Shown here piece after piece: positions 12,540 through 25,400 of a stretch of DNA of 64,000 nt (the stretch's first letter is position 1; each line of letters starts with the position of its first letter). The notes beneath the pieces were generated by a model. The model did not search any database, was not told the DNA's origin, and was given only the letters and a program-made list of their open reading frames with translations. The stretch spans positions 1,302,001 through 1,366,000 of the forward strand of contig OZ024755.1 of the NCBI GenBank assembly GCA_964016885.1, in the 5' to 3' direction. Source of the DNA: Eledone cirrhosa (taxonomy: Eukaryota). A program made the translations under genes and the position numbers.

Positions 12540-14930
12540 CAATTAATTAGATATATTGGTAATCGATGGAAGACCTCCCCATCACCACCATCTATTGTAT
12601 GTCTATAGACTACTGCAAACGTATGGATTGGGATTTTAGTACCAGTTATATTTGACGATGTGAAAGCCAGAACATGAGTTGTAAGCCCTAATATTATAAT
12701 TTGACAGCTTTATCTGTAGTTTACACAGTTCTTTAACCTCACTTGGTCAATACAGAATTGGTGGCGGTCGCAGCTGTCCATTTCACTTGGTCAATACAGA
12801 ATTGGTGGCAGTCGCAGCTGTCCATTTCACTTGGTCAATACAGAATTGGTGGCGGTCGCAGCTGTCCATTTCACTTGGTCAATACAGAATTGGTGGCAGT
12901 CGCAGCTGTCCATTTCACTTGGTCAATACAGAATTGGTGGCAGTCGCAGCTGTCCATTTCACTTGGTCAATACAGAATTGGTGGCGGTCGCAGCTGTCCA
13001 TTTCACTTGGTCAATACAGAATTGTTGGCAGTCGCAGCTGTCCATTTCACTTGGTCAATACAGAATTGGTGGCAGTCGCAGCTGTCCATTTCACTTGGTC
13101 AATACAGAATTGGTGGCGGTCGCAGCTGTCCATTTCACTTGGTCAATACAGAATTGGTGGCAGTCGCAGCTGTCCATTTCACTTGGACAATACAGAATTG
13201 GTGGCGGTCGCAGCTGTCCATTTCACTTGGTCAATACAGAATTGGTGGCAGTCGCAGCTGTCCATTTCACTTGGTCAATACAGAATTGGTGGCAGTCGCA
13301 GCTGTCCATTTCACTTGGTCAATACAGAATTGGTGGCGGTCGCAGCTGTCCATTTCACTTGGTCAATACAGAATTGGTGGCAGTCGCAGCTGTCCATTTC
13401 ACTTGGTCAATACAGAATTGTTGGCAGTCGCAGCTGTCCATTTCACTTGGTCAATACAGAATTGGTGGCGGTCGCAGCTGTCCATTTCACTTGGTCAATA
13501 CAGAATTGTTGGCAGTCGCAGCTGTCCATTTCACTTGGTCAATACAGAATTGTTGGCAGTCGCAGCTGTCCATTTCACTTGGTCAATACAGAATTGGTGG
13601 CAGTCGCAGCTGTCCATTTCACTTGGTCAATACAGAATTGGTGGCAGTCGCAGCTGTCCATTTCACTTGGTCAATACAGAATTGGTGGCAGTCGCAGCTG
13701 TCCATTTCACTTGGTCAATACAGAATTGGTGGCAGTCGCAGCTGTCCATTTCACTTGGTCAATACAGAATTGGTGGCAGTCGCAGCTGTCCATTTCACTT
13801 GGTCAATACAGAATTGGTGGCAGTCGCAGCTGTCCATTTCACTTGGTCAATACAGAATTGGTGGCAGTCGCAGCTGTCCATTTCACTTGGTCAATACAGA
13901 ATTTGTGGCGGTCGCAGCTGTCCATTTCACTTGGTCAATACAGAATTGTTGGCAGTCGCAGCTGTCCATTTCACTTGGTCAATACAGAATTGGTGGCGGT
14001 CGCAGCTGTCCATTTCACTTGGTCAATACAGAATTGTTGGCAGTCGCAGCTGTCCATTTCACTTGGTCAATACAGAATTGTTGGCAGTCGCAGCTGTCCA
14101 TTTCACTTGGTCAATACAGAATTGTTGGCAGTCGCAGCTGTCCATTTCACTTGGTCAATACAGAATTGTTGGCAGTCGCAGCTGTCCATTTCACTTGGTC
14201 AATACAGAATTGGTGGCGGTCGCAGCTGTCCATTTCACTTGGTCAATACAGAATTGTTGGCAGTCGCAGCTGTCCATTTCACTTGGTCAATACAGAATTG
14301 TTGGCAGTCGCAGCTGTCCATTTCACTTGGTCAATACAGAATTGTTGGCAGTCGCAGCTGTCCATTTCACTTGGTCAATACAGAATTGTTGGCAGTCGCA
14401 GCTGTCCATTTCACTTGGTCAATACAGAATTGGTGGCGGTCGCAGCTGTCCATTTCACTTGGTCAATACAGAATTGTTGGCAGTCGCAGCTGTCCATTTC
14501 ACTTGGTCAATACAGAATTGTTGGCAGTCGCAGCTGTCCATTTCACTTGGTCAATACAGAATTGTTGGCAGTCGCAGCTGTCCATTTCACTTGGTCAATA
14601 CAGAATTGGTGGCAGTCGCAGCTGTCCATTTCACTTGGACAATACAGAATTGGTGGCGGTCGCAGCTGTCCATTTCACTTGGTCAATACAGAATTGGTGG
14701 CAGTCGCAGCTGTCCATTTCACTTGGTCAATACAGAATTGTTGGCAGTCGCAGCTGTCCATTTCACTTGGTCAATACAGAATTGGTGGCAGTCGCAGCTG
14801 TCCATTTCACTTGTCAATACAGAATTGGTGGCAGTCGCAGCTGTCCACTACCACAACAGAAATTTAAGAAATGATTGTGGGAACTCTTGAAGAACGTCTC
14901 CTTTACCCTTCACCCCATTTTCCCCACGTA
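12540..14930 (-). mobile_element. Decayed Helitron Rep fragment interrupted by a 44-bp minisatellite (boundaries approximate)
   Basis: Collapsing the array, the minus strand reads FCCGSGQLRLPPILY*PSEVKEL...NIRAYNS/(frameshift)VLAFTS...GEVFHR, matching the Helitron motifs CCxxGxVxLP, NIRxYNSxxAFTS and GQVYHR. Confidence 0.7.
12739..14847. repeat. 44-bp minisatellite, about 48 copies
   Basis: TCACTTGGTCAATACAGAATTG(G/T)TGGC(A/G)GTCGCAGCTGTCCATT, head to tail with no spacers. Confidence 0.97.
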
Positions 14931-15516
14931 GTTTATTTCAAATCCATCGTTTTTTTGACAACCGTCATATGTCTGATGTTTTGGAAGTATCTGGACGACC
15001 TTGTTTAGTATATTTGAATCAAATGTTGGTCTTTTCCTCTTGAAAGATACTTTCTTTCTGTCTCTCGACAGTGTGTTGTTGTGTCAGTATCTTCACGTCT
15101 TCTTGTAGAACATGCCCTGTTCTTTCATTATGATGTATTTGTAATCCTTTTCTCGGTCGTGGGGAGAGGGGAACACTCATTTCATTTAATATATTATGGG
15201 AATAACGTGGTGTTGCGCTTGTGCAGAGGTTTTGGTGGGCTGGAGCCCAGTTTCGAGAAGTTTCCGTATATCATTGCACATGCATTAAGGTAAGTCACAA
15301 CAGAATTGTATTTTTACAAATATATAGGGTAGATATATATAACATATAGATAGATAGATAGATATACACGTACACACACACACACACTCACTCACTCACT
15401 CACTCACTCACTCACTCACTCACACACACACACCATTATTTATTCAAAGCTTATCTTGCATGTTTCTCTCCTTAATGTTTCTCATTTCCGGGACCTGTCA
15501 CTCACTCACTCACTCC

Positions 15517-15605
<89 letters not shown>

Positions 15606-16539
15606 AACGTCGGAATGTCTTTTTCTCTCACCTTTACGTGCCAAGTATTTCGTCAGTTCATTTCAATATATATCAGACGATTGGTCAACTACGAAATATG
15701 ACAACCAAATCACTTAATGATATCAATCACTGCTCACTCATTATAGGAGTTCAATAACAATTAGTGTAATAACTGACCACTATAAAAGCCACCACCACCC
15801 CAAAAGAATAAACAAACAAACAAAAAGACAAAAGCCGGTTTATCAATATATTAATAATAATAATAATAATAATAATACTTTGTGGTTTGTCGAATTGAAT
15901 TGTGGGTGAGTGAACAAGGATAGAGAAGCTTATTTAATCAACTGGCGTCGTTAGTAACAGGTAACTATTGTGTTTTTTATAGCTTTCGTTTTACTGTCAT
16001 CAACTCTGTGTAGCAATGGATGACATTTATGTGTGTTTGTGTGAGGGTTTGTCGGGCTTTGTGTTTGTGTGAGGGTTTGTCGGGCTTTCTCTGTATGTGT
16101 GTGTGTTTTTGTGGGCTTTGTCTGTCTGTTTGTGAGGGTTTGTAGGGCTTTGTGTGTGTGTGAGGGTTTGTCGGGCTTTCTCTGTATGTGTGTGTGTGTG
16201 TGTTTTTGTGGGCTTTGTCTGTCTGTTTGTGAGGGTTTGTAGGGCTTTCTCTGTGTCTGTACACCTGTGCGTGTGCACCTGTATCTGTGTACCTATGATC
16301 ATCTTTTTATTTATGTTTACGTTTGTCTTGTACGTGTTTGTGTTTGTGTTTCTCTGTGTGTGTATGTTTCTCTCTTCCTCTTCTCCCCCCCCCCTCTCTG
16401 TTTACGTATTTCTGAGTTTATTTTTGTTACCGATTTTTTGTTTTGTTTTTAATATATAACCCCAAGTAAGTCCTTGTCCACCAGACCTATCACCAAAAAC
16501 GTTCTAACCGTGAACATCTCGTTTACTTTATTATATGTA

Positions 16540-16588
<49 letters not shown>

Positions 16589-16664
16589 ACTACCTGTATC
16601 ACTTCCTTTCTTATATTGTAAGGTGTGATGTTGACGGAGATTTCACTGTGATTTTTGTACATTT

Positions 16665-17566
16665 TTATTATTACCTCACCTGTATTGTTATCTCACCTGT
16701 ATTATTACCTCACCTGTATTATTACCTCACCTGTATTATTACCCCACCTGTATTATTACCTCACCTGTATTATTGCCTTACCTGTATTATTGCCTTACCT
16801 GTATTATTGCTTCACCTGTATTGTTACCTCACCTGTATTGTTATCTCACCTGTATTGTTATCTCACCTGTATTATTGCCTCACCTGTATTATTACCTCAC
16901 CTGTATTATTACCTCACCTGTATTATTACCTCACCTGTATTATTACCTCACCTGTATTATTGCCTTACCTGTATTATTGCCTTACCTGTATTATTGCTTC
17001 ACCTGTATTGTTATCTCACCTGTATTATTGCCTCACCTGTATTATTACCTCACCTGTATTATTACCTCACCTGTATTATTACCTCACCTGTATTATTACC
17101 TTACCTGTATTATTACCTCACCTGTATTATTACCTCACCTGTATTATTGTCTCACCTGTATTATTGCCTCACCTGTATTATTACCTCACCTGTATTATTA
17201 CCTCACCTGTATTATTACCTTACCTGTATTATTACCTTACCTGTATTATTACCTCACCTGTATTATTACCTCACCTGTATTATTGTCTCACCTGTATTAT
17301 TGTCTCACCTGTATTATTGTCTCACCTGTATTATTGCTTCACCTGTATTGTTATCTCACCTGTATTATTACCTCACCTGTATTATTACCTCATCTGTATT
17401 ATTACCTCACCTGTATTATTGCCTCACCTGTATTATTACCTCACCTGTATTATTACCTCACCTGTATTATTGTCTCACCTGTATTGTTACCTCACCTGTA
17501 TTGTTACCTCACCTGTATTGTTACCTCACCTGTATTATTGCCTTACATGTATTGTTATCTCACCTG
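16665..17566. repeat. 19-bp minisatellite
   Basis: TTATTACCTCACCTGTA-type units with point variants. Confidence 0.95.
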
Positions 17567-17913
17567 AAATCATACTTTAGTGTCTTAAATAAGGAAGGAC
17601 ATATTGGGCATTTTAAGCCTGATAGCCCCTATCCTTCTCCATTTCTGAATACATCTGATATCTTCCCAAGAAGGATAGAAAGTGAGAGAGTGTAAGTGGG
17701 AAAGTGATATGGAAGAAGAATCAAACCTCAGTATTTAACTGGTACTTGTTTTATCAACCTCAAAAGTATAAAAGGCAAAGGTGACCCCAGCAGGATTTTA
17801 ACCCCAGAACAAATACGGCAACGCCCTGTGTCCAACGTTCTAATGACAACTCTGTCAATTCACCACCTTATAAGGATGTAAGATTATCTTAAATTGAAAT
17901 AATATATTCAAGA

Positions 17914-19543
17914 ATGTTATATAGAAAGTGTGATTTGATCCTTGGTTATTATAAGGTTCAACATTTGATGTGTTATATAGAAAGTGTGATTTGATCCTTG
18001 GTTATTATAAGGTTCAACATTTGATGTGTTATATAGAAAGTGTGATTTGATCCTTGGTTATTATAAGGTTCAACATTTGATGTGTTATATAGAAAGTGTG
18101 ATTTGATCCTTGGTTATTATAAGGTTCAACATTTGATGTGTTATATAGAAAGTGTGATTTGATCCTTGGTTATTATAAGGTTCAACATTTGATGTGTTAT
18201 ATAGAAAGTGTGATTTGATCCTTGGTTATTATAAGGTTCAACATTTGAGGTGTTATATAGAAAGTGTGATTTGATCCTTGGTTATTATAAGGTTCAATAT
18301 TTGATGTTATATAGAAAGTGTGATTTGATCCTTGGTTATTATAAGGTTCAACATTTGATGTTATATAGAAAGTGTGATTTGATCCTTGGTTATTATAAGG
18401 TTCAATATTTGATGTTATATAGAAAGTGTGATTTGATCCTTGGTTATTATAAGGTTCAACATTTGATGTTATATAGAAAGTGTGATTTGATCCTTGGTTA
18501 TTATAAGGTTCAATATTTGATGTGTTATATAGAAAGTGTGATTTGATCCTTGGTTATTATAAGGTTCAACATTTGATGTTATATAGAAAGTGTGATTTGA
18601 TCCTTGGTTATTATAAGGTTCAATATTTGAGGTGTTATATAGAAAGTGTGATTTGATCCTTGGTTATTATAAGGTTCAACATTTGATGTTATATAGAAAG
18701 TGTGATTTGATCCTTGGTTATTATAAGGTTCAATATTTGATGTTATATAGAAAGTGTGATTTGATCCTTGGTTATTATAAGGTTCAACATTTGATGTTAT
18801 ATAGAAAGTGTGATTTGATCCTTGGTTATTATAAGGTTCAATATTTGATGTTATATAGAAAGTGTGATTTGATCCTTGGTTATTATAAGGTTCAACATTT
18901 GATGTTATATAGAAAGTGTGATTTGATCCTTGGTTATTATAAGGTTCAATATTTGATGTTATATAGAAAGTGTGATTTGATCCTTGGTTATTATAAGGTT
19001 CAATATTTGATGTTATATAGAAAGTGTGATTTGATCCTTGGTTATTATAAGGTTCAATATTTGATGTTATATAGAAAGTGTGATTTGATCCTTGGTTATT
19101 ATAAGGTTCAACATTTGATGTGTTATATAGAAAGTGTGATTTGATCCTTGGTTATTATAAGGTTCAACATTTGATGTGTTATATAGAAAGTGTGATTTGA
19201 TCCTTGGTTATTATAAGGTTCAACATTTGATGTTATATAGAAAGTGTGATTTGATCCTTGGTTATTATAAGGTTCAATATTTGATGTGTTATATAGAAAG
19301 TGTGATTTGATCCTTGGTTATTATAAGGTTCAATATTTGATGTGTTATATAGAAAGTGTGATTTGATCCTTGGTTATTATAAGGTTCAATATTTGAGGTG
19401 TTATATAGAAAGTGTGATTTGATCCTTGGTTATTATAAGGTTCAACATTTGATGTGTTATATAGAAAGTGTGATTTGATCCTTGGTTATTATAAGGTTCA
19501 ACATTTGAGGTGTTATATAGAAAGTGTGATCCTTGGTTATAAG
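17914..19543. repeat. 54/56-bp minisatellite, about 30 copies
   Basis: GTTATATAGAAAGTGTGATTTGATCCTTGGTTATTATAAGGTTCAA(C/T)ATTTGAT(GT). Confidence 0.96.
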
Positions 19544-19627
19544 GGGGGGGGGGGCTGGTTTAGTTGATGACCATACATATGGTTTAATAACTCACATCAT
19601 ACATGCATACTTACATACTTACACACA

Positions 19628-19670
<43 letters not shown>

Positions 19671-19806
19671 CATGCTAGCGTGGAAGATAGACGTTAAACA
19701 ATATACATATATACATACATACATACTTACGCACATACATATATATACATACTTACACACATACATATATATATAAATATATATATACATACATATATAT
19801 ATATAC

Positions 19807-20247
19807 TTGCCAAGATGACTTGGGATGAGGTGATAAAAGCCGACCTTACCCAACTACACCTCTCAAAGTCAATGACACACGACCGTGACTTCTGGCGTCA
19901 CGCAGTAATACAGGGTACCCGACCTCCCATGGGTACATGCTGAAGCATATAAACAATATGCCCCCCCCCCCCCCACCGCAAGGTGGTCGTGGATGTGCCA
20001 CGGCAAAAAAGCACCCAGCCCACACTGTAAAGTGGACGTGTAGGCGCCACGAAAAAGCACCCAGCACTCACTGTAAATGAGGTTGGTGTTAGGAAGGGCA
20101 TCCAGCTGTAGAAATCAAGCCAGATCAGTTCCTGTATGAGCAAGGCATGGTCAGCCGACCAGACACTGCCCACAACAGGACAACCCGTCTAACCCATGCT
20201 AGCGTGGAAGAACGGACGTAAAACGGTGATGATGATGATGATGATGA
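19807..20247 (+). mobile_element. RTE 3'-UTR copy or RTE-dependent SINE
   Basis: Shares GGAAGGGCATCCAGCTGTAGAAA and AACCCATGCTAGCGTGGAAGAACGGACGTAAAACGGT(GAT)n with the RTE at 22838; further copies at about 1960-2175, 25165-25272, 28958-29010 and 52008-52218. Confidence 0.8.
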
Positions 20248-20265
20248 CTTGCATTACGCATACAC

Positions 20266-20296
<31 letters not shown>

Positions 20297-20539
20297 TATA
20301 CATATATATATACACACACATACATATATATATATGTACACACATATACATACATACACACACAAACACATCATTAGAATTGATTAACAAGTATCCAAGC
20401 GTGTCTGTGTGTTTCATAATTAATGAAGCACCTAATAAAATAGATCATTACCGCTAGGAAACTTCGTAACTATAGTAACATACCTATTGGAAGATGTTGT
20501 TGGCATGAGAACCAATAAATAAATAAAACAAAATGGGTA

Positions 20540-20950
20540 ATGACCGAAAGAATACGATCTCGAATACAAGCGGCCAAAATGGGGTTCCTCTGAAGCGTCT
20601 CTGGAGTAATATTACTTGATAGAGTTCAGAGATGAGAGAGTCACTCCAGGTAGAGTCGCCACTTCTCCACAGTGAGAGGTCACAGCTCTGATACTGTGGA
20701 CATGTGGTTAGAATGTCTCAGGTAAGAATCATTGGACAGATTTTACAGGCAAAACCAACTGACAAGAGAGCCAGGGGTAGACCCCAGAGTAAGATGGTTG
20801 GATAACATCCCTGAGCTTGGTTGGATCCAGCCGGATCAGCTGGAGACAGTTGCTTCTGACAGGACCCACTGGAGGCAATGTTTGAGGATTCTGGCCTCCA
20901 CGACCCTCTCAGGAATAAGTGGGAGGAGGACAAGAAGGAAGAGAAGTGTA
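20540..20950 (+). mobile_element. Decayed RTE-clade LINE fragment (second copy at about 50695-51090)
   Basis: RSRIQAAKMGFL...CGHVVRMS...RGRP with stops and frameshifts. Confidence 0.75.
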
Positions 20951-22135
20951 TAAATAAATATCTAAATAAATAAATAAATATCTAAAACCAAATAAAGTAA
21001 AAAGATCAATCTAGTTTAAGCTGTAACATGTCAAGACTTGGGGAAGATAAATAGAAAGAAACTATTATTGGAAGATTTCTATGACAACATTTCGTTTGAT
21101 ATCATAGCAGCTATTTTAAATAACAATGGCGGACAGTTGAGGTTAAAAACAATCTGTTGTCACAAAGATACTCCGATAAGAAGTAGAAGAGTTTTATTTT
21201 GGGTGAGAGTTCTTTTTATGGTCAGCTGTGAGCTATTATTGCTTAGGAGAGGTCAATATGGATTGTTAGGAGTCGGACCTGAGAACAGCGATGGGAATGG
21301 TTCGATTTTGTTGTAAATTGAAAATTTATTTCTTTATATACATAGTCAATCTCTGAACTCTTATTCCAGTATATATGTATATATATATGTATAATGGAAA
21401 CAATCGACTTTTCGTTAAATCGGACCGAGGAAACAATGTTTCCATTGGTCTTTCCAATTGCTAATACTATCTATCGGTCGCAACTCCAGATAGAAGGAGC
21501 AACGCGAAATAAAGTGTCTTGCTTAAGGACATAACGCATCGCCTGGTCCGGGAATTGAACTCACAACCTCACGATTGCAAATCCAATTCTCTAACCACTC
21601 GGCCACACGCCTTCACTATATATATGTATATGTATATATATATGTATATATAAAGGTATAGTACTAGTAAAAATAAACGACTAGGCATGAAGTAGGGGTT
21701 AGAGGAGAAAGATTTATTTGCAGTCTGTTATTTAACATATGTTTCAATACAACATTTGACTATGAGTGCTGATTGCAAATTAATATATTCATTACATAAA
21801 AAATTTTGACTTTACATATCTTGTATATATATATCATCATCATCATTTTACGTCCGCTTTTCCCTGCTTGCAAGGGTGGGACAGGAACTGATTCTGGCTT
21901 TATATACAGTGAGTGCTGAGTGCTTTTTTGCTGTGGCACCTCTATGACCACTTTGCATTGCAGTGGAATGATAGGAACCCCAGTCCCTATCATCTCATTT
22001 CTACAGCTGAGTAAACTGGAGCAATGTGAAATAAAGTGTCTTGCTCAAGGAAACAACACATCACCCGGTCTGGGAATTGAACTCACAACCTTTCGATTGG
22101 AAGGCCAATGCTCTAACCACTAAGCCATGTGCCTC

Positions 22136-22184
<49 letters not shown>

Positions 22185-22360
22185 TCACACACACACATAA
22201 GGTGAATAGAGGAATGGCCCCTGTTTGGAGAGGGTCCCTCTGTTTCATGAGGGAAAGGGGGGGGGGGGGCATTTGGCCCTGCAGACACACTCACACATAT
22301 ACACAAAGTAAGAAGATGGTTTTATTAAAAAGAAACTTAATTTTATTCCTCTTTCTTCAG

Positions 22361-22440
22361 ATGGTGGCAGAATGACACAAAATGTTAAAATTGGTCAGGA
22401 AGGATTCCATCCTCAAAATGTTTCCCTTGAAGAGGGTCAG
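22361..22440 (+). CDS. Giant gene exon 1 (first visible; ATG at 22372)
   Basis: [23 protein letters not shown]; TTCTTCAG acceptor, CAG|GTAAGT donor. Confidence 0.85.
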
Positions 22441-25400
22441 GTAAGTTCTGAAACTTCATTATCTCCTCTTGTAATGGAGGCTGGTTTTGAAAGTAAACAG
22501 ACACTGTTTGCTATATATATATATATACATATATATAAAAATAACAGATTAAAGTTTAAGCAAAGAATCGCTGCTTTCACCCTTAACGGGATCTTCAAAT
22601 TTATTATTACTATATATATATATATAGGAAAAGAGTCAGGACCCCGACGGCTGAGCTCTGGCTGTTTTGACAGTTAGATCCGAATCTAGCTGTCGAAACG
22701 GCCGCAACTCACCCGTCGGGGTCCTGACTCTTTTCCTGTTATCCACTCTACTATCCAAAGTATCGAGTACTCTGGTGTGTTATGGTCCACCTGGTTTTTT
22801 GCTACACTTTCTTTGTTATATATATATTTTTATATATGTAGTGGGATCACAGGTAAGCTAACTAAGGACATAGATTTTACATGTGGCCGGTGCTCTGGTG
22901 CAATAAGTAGCAGCAAGTGCCCACAAAATACTAGCTCTTTCAACTGCGCAGAGGGTTCTATAGAAATAGTGGACAGCTTCCGTTACCTGGGGGAGGGTGC
23001 TCTGAAAGTACAGTAGCTGGAGTCAGAACTGGATGGAAAAAGTTCAGAGAGCTTATACCACTATTAGCCGCTAAAGGGTTCTCCCTAAAAATGAAAGGCA
23101 GGTTATACGATGCCTGCATACGAACAGCAATGCTGCATGGCAGTGAGACTTGGGCATTGTGTGCAGAGGATATACGCAGACTAGAGAGGAACGAAGCTTG
23201 CATGCTCCGCTGGATGTGTAATAGTAATATACGTGAACGGCAAAGCATAATCGAACTAAGGGAAAAATTAGAAATAAGAGGGATCAGATGTTGTTTACTT
23301 GAGAGAAGGCTACGTTGGTATGGTCACGTGATGCGCATGAAAGACGACAGCTGTATAAAAAAGTGCAGGGCAATAAAGATAGACGGTAGCCACGGAGTAG
23401 GCAGACCCAGAAAAACCTGGGACGACCTGATAAATTCCGACCTCACACACTTACACCTCTCCAAGACAATGTCACTGGACCGAGATCTTTGGCGGTACTC
23501 AGTAATAGAGAAGACCCGCGTTGCCTAAATACAAAGTAAACCTACTACAGTCAGTAGGCATCTCTAACAAAATATGCCCCCGTCACACCACCCCACCCCA
23601 TCCACTCCGCCCCTTTCAATGTAAAGTTATGTTGGTGCCACAACATCAAGGCCGAAACAAATGAGATCGTGTAGGTGTCACGACAAAAAAACACACAGTC
23701 CACGCTGTAATGTGGCCGTGTAGGCAACACGGTAAAAACCTCCCAGCCCCACACTGTAAATGTGGTTGGTGTTAGGAAGGGCATCCAGCTGTAGAAAACC
23801 CGCCAGACAGTCCTATGCGAGCAAGACAACCACTCTTGCCTCAAGGGGAAAACTCCCGTCCAAACCCATGCAAGCGTGGAACATGGACGTTAAACGATGA
23901 TGATGATGATGATGATGATGATGATATATATATATATATATATGTATGTAATATAATATATATGTTTGTTTTGCAAGGTTTTTGATATGAAATCGTGACA
24001 AAACAAATATTGTTATACTTGGCGAGGGTAATATTGTTGTAATAATATTACCAGAAATAATAACAGATGATGTTGCAGATGTGCAACGAAAGAACTTTGA
24101 TAGACTGTATATATTTATATCTATATTTTTAACCATTGGTCAATCAAGGATAAACATTGATTGCCAAATAAATTAACTATGGAGGTATAAAAGATACAGA
24201 AGCGAAAACCAACCAAACAGTGAGTGTGTTCTGTTATTATTTCTAGCAATATTATTACAACAATTTGACCCTCCCCAAGTATAACAATATATAAATATAA
24301 CTGAATGTTTTCATGATTTGTCTTTGAAATGATGTTTGTTTCTTTCCAGAGTGTTCTCTTTGAATGTAATGAGGAAACATGCCATGACATAACCCAGGTA
24401 TGATAAATATGTATTTATATTGTCCAAACATTGATTTCTACTTCTTCTCCTTCTGTGAGGTATGTGACTCATGTAATTTACAGCTCATACCTGTGCAGAT
24501 TTAGCTACCCTCCTGTCAGGTTCAATCATATTGAAGGTTTCTCAGGTGTTTTAATGATAGGGTCCTCAGTCCTATCATTTTGTTACAGTTGACCTTCTAT
24601 GAGGTCCCATTTTATAAGAGGTTTCTCAGGTATTTTAGTCCTATCATAAAAAGCAACATGAAACGAAGCATCTTACCGTTGACAGACGTCCAGAAATATC
24701 TAATGTCTTTTTTTAAATCTAACCTCATTAATTTGACAGGAAAATTGACTGAGTTATATTCTGAATAATGTATATTGATATAAAGTGTGTATGTGTGAGT
24801 GTTTGTATGTATGTGTAAGTGCGTATAAGTATGTGTGTGTACAGTAGTGGTGGTAGTAGTAGTAGTAGTAGTTAACAAGACTGTAGAATTACCATATCTC
24901 CAACAAGTCTTAACTCGAGTCACTTGAGTTTCTTGAAATGACAGACAAAATTCCCTGGAGCAACCCTAGATAGATTCTTCCTGAAATCCTTCGTTCTCAG
25001 TCTTTCTCATTTCATGGCACATTGGAGATCAAATAAAAACCTGATTGGTGCACCTCCAGGGCTGGACCTTCACCTGATCAGGCCCTAACATGTATGACAT
25101 ATGAGGGCTTTCTCTAAAAGAATATAATTATTTTTTATATTGATAATGATAGAGAATAAACAACGCATGAGCAAGACATGGTCAGCCGACCGGCTACTGC
25201 CCACAACAGGATAACCCGTCTAACCCACGCTAGCGTGGAAGAACGGACGTAAAACGGTGATGATGATGATGATATATATATATAAACTATATATGTATAT
25301 ATATATGTGTGTGTGTATGCATGGTCGATATAAAAAGTACCAGTTAAGTACTGGAGTTGATTGTTCCTCTATATCTCTCTCTCACTTTCTCTCGATCCTT

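Noticed and set aside
12739-14847. CRISPR-like array
   Set aside because: Units are head to tail with no unique spacers, there are no cas genes and the context is eukaryotic.
12743-14890. Three overlapping ORFs of 678-715 aa
   Set aside because: All three are translations of a stop-free 44-bp tandem repeat, with the same peptide cycling through the frames.
16474-17695. ORFs of 264-368 aa rich in Cys, Tyr and Leu
   Set aside because: 19-bp minisatellite open in all frames.
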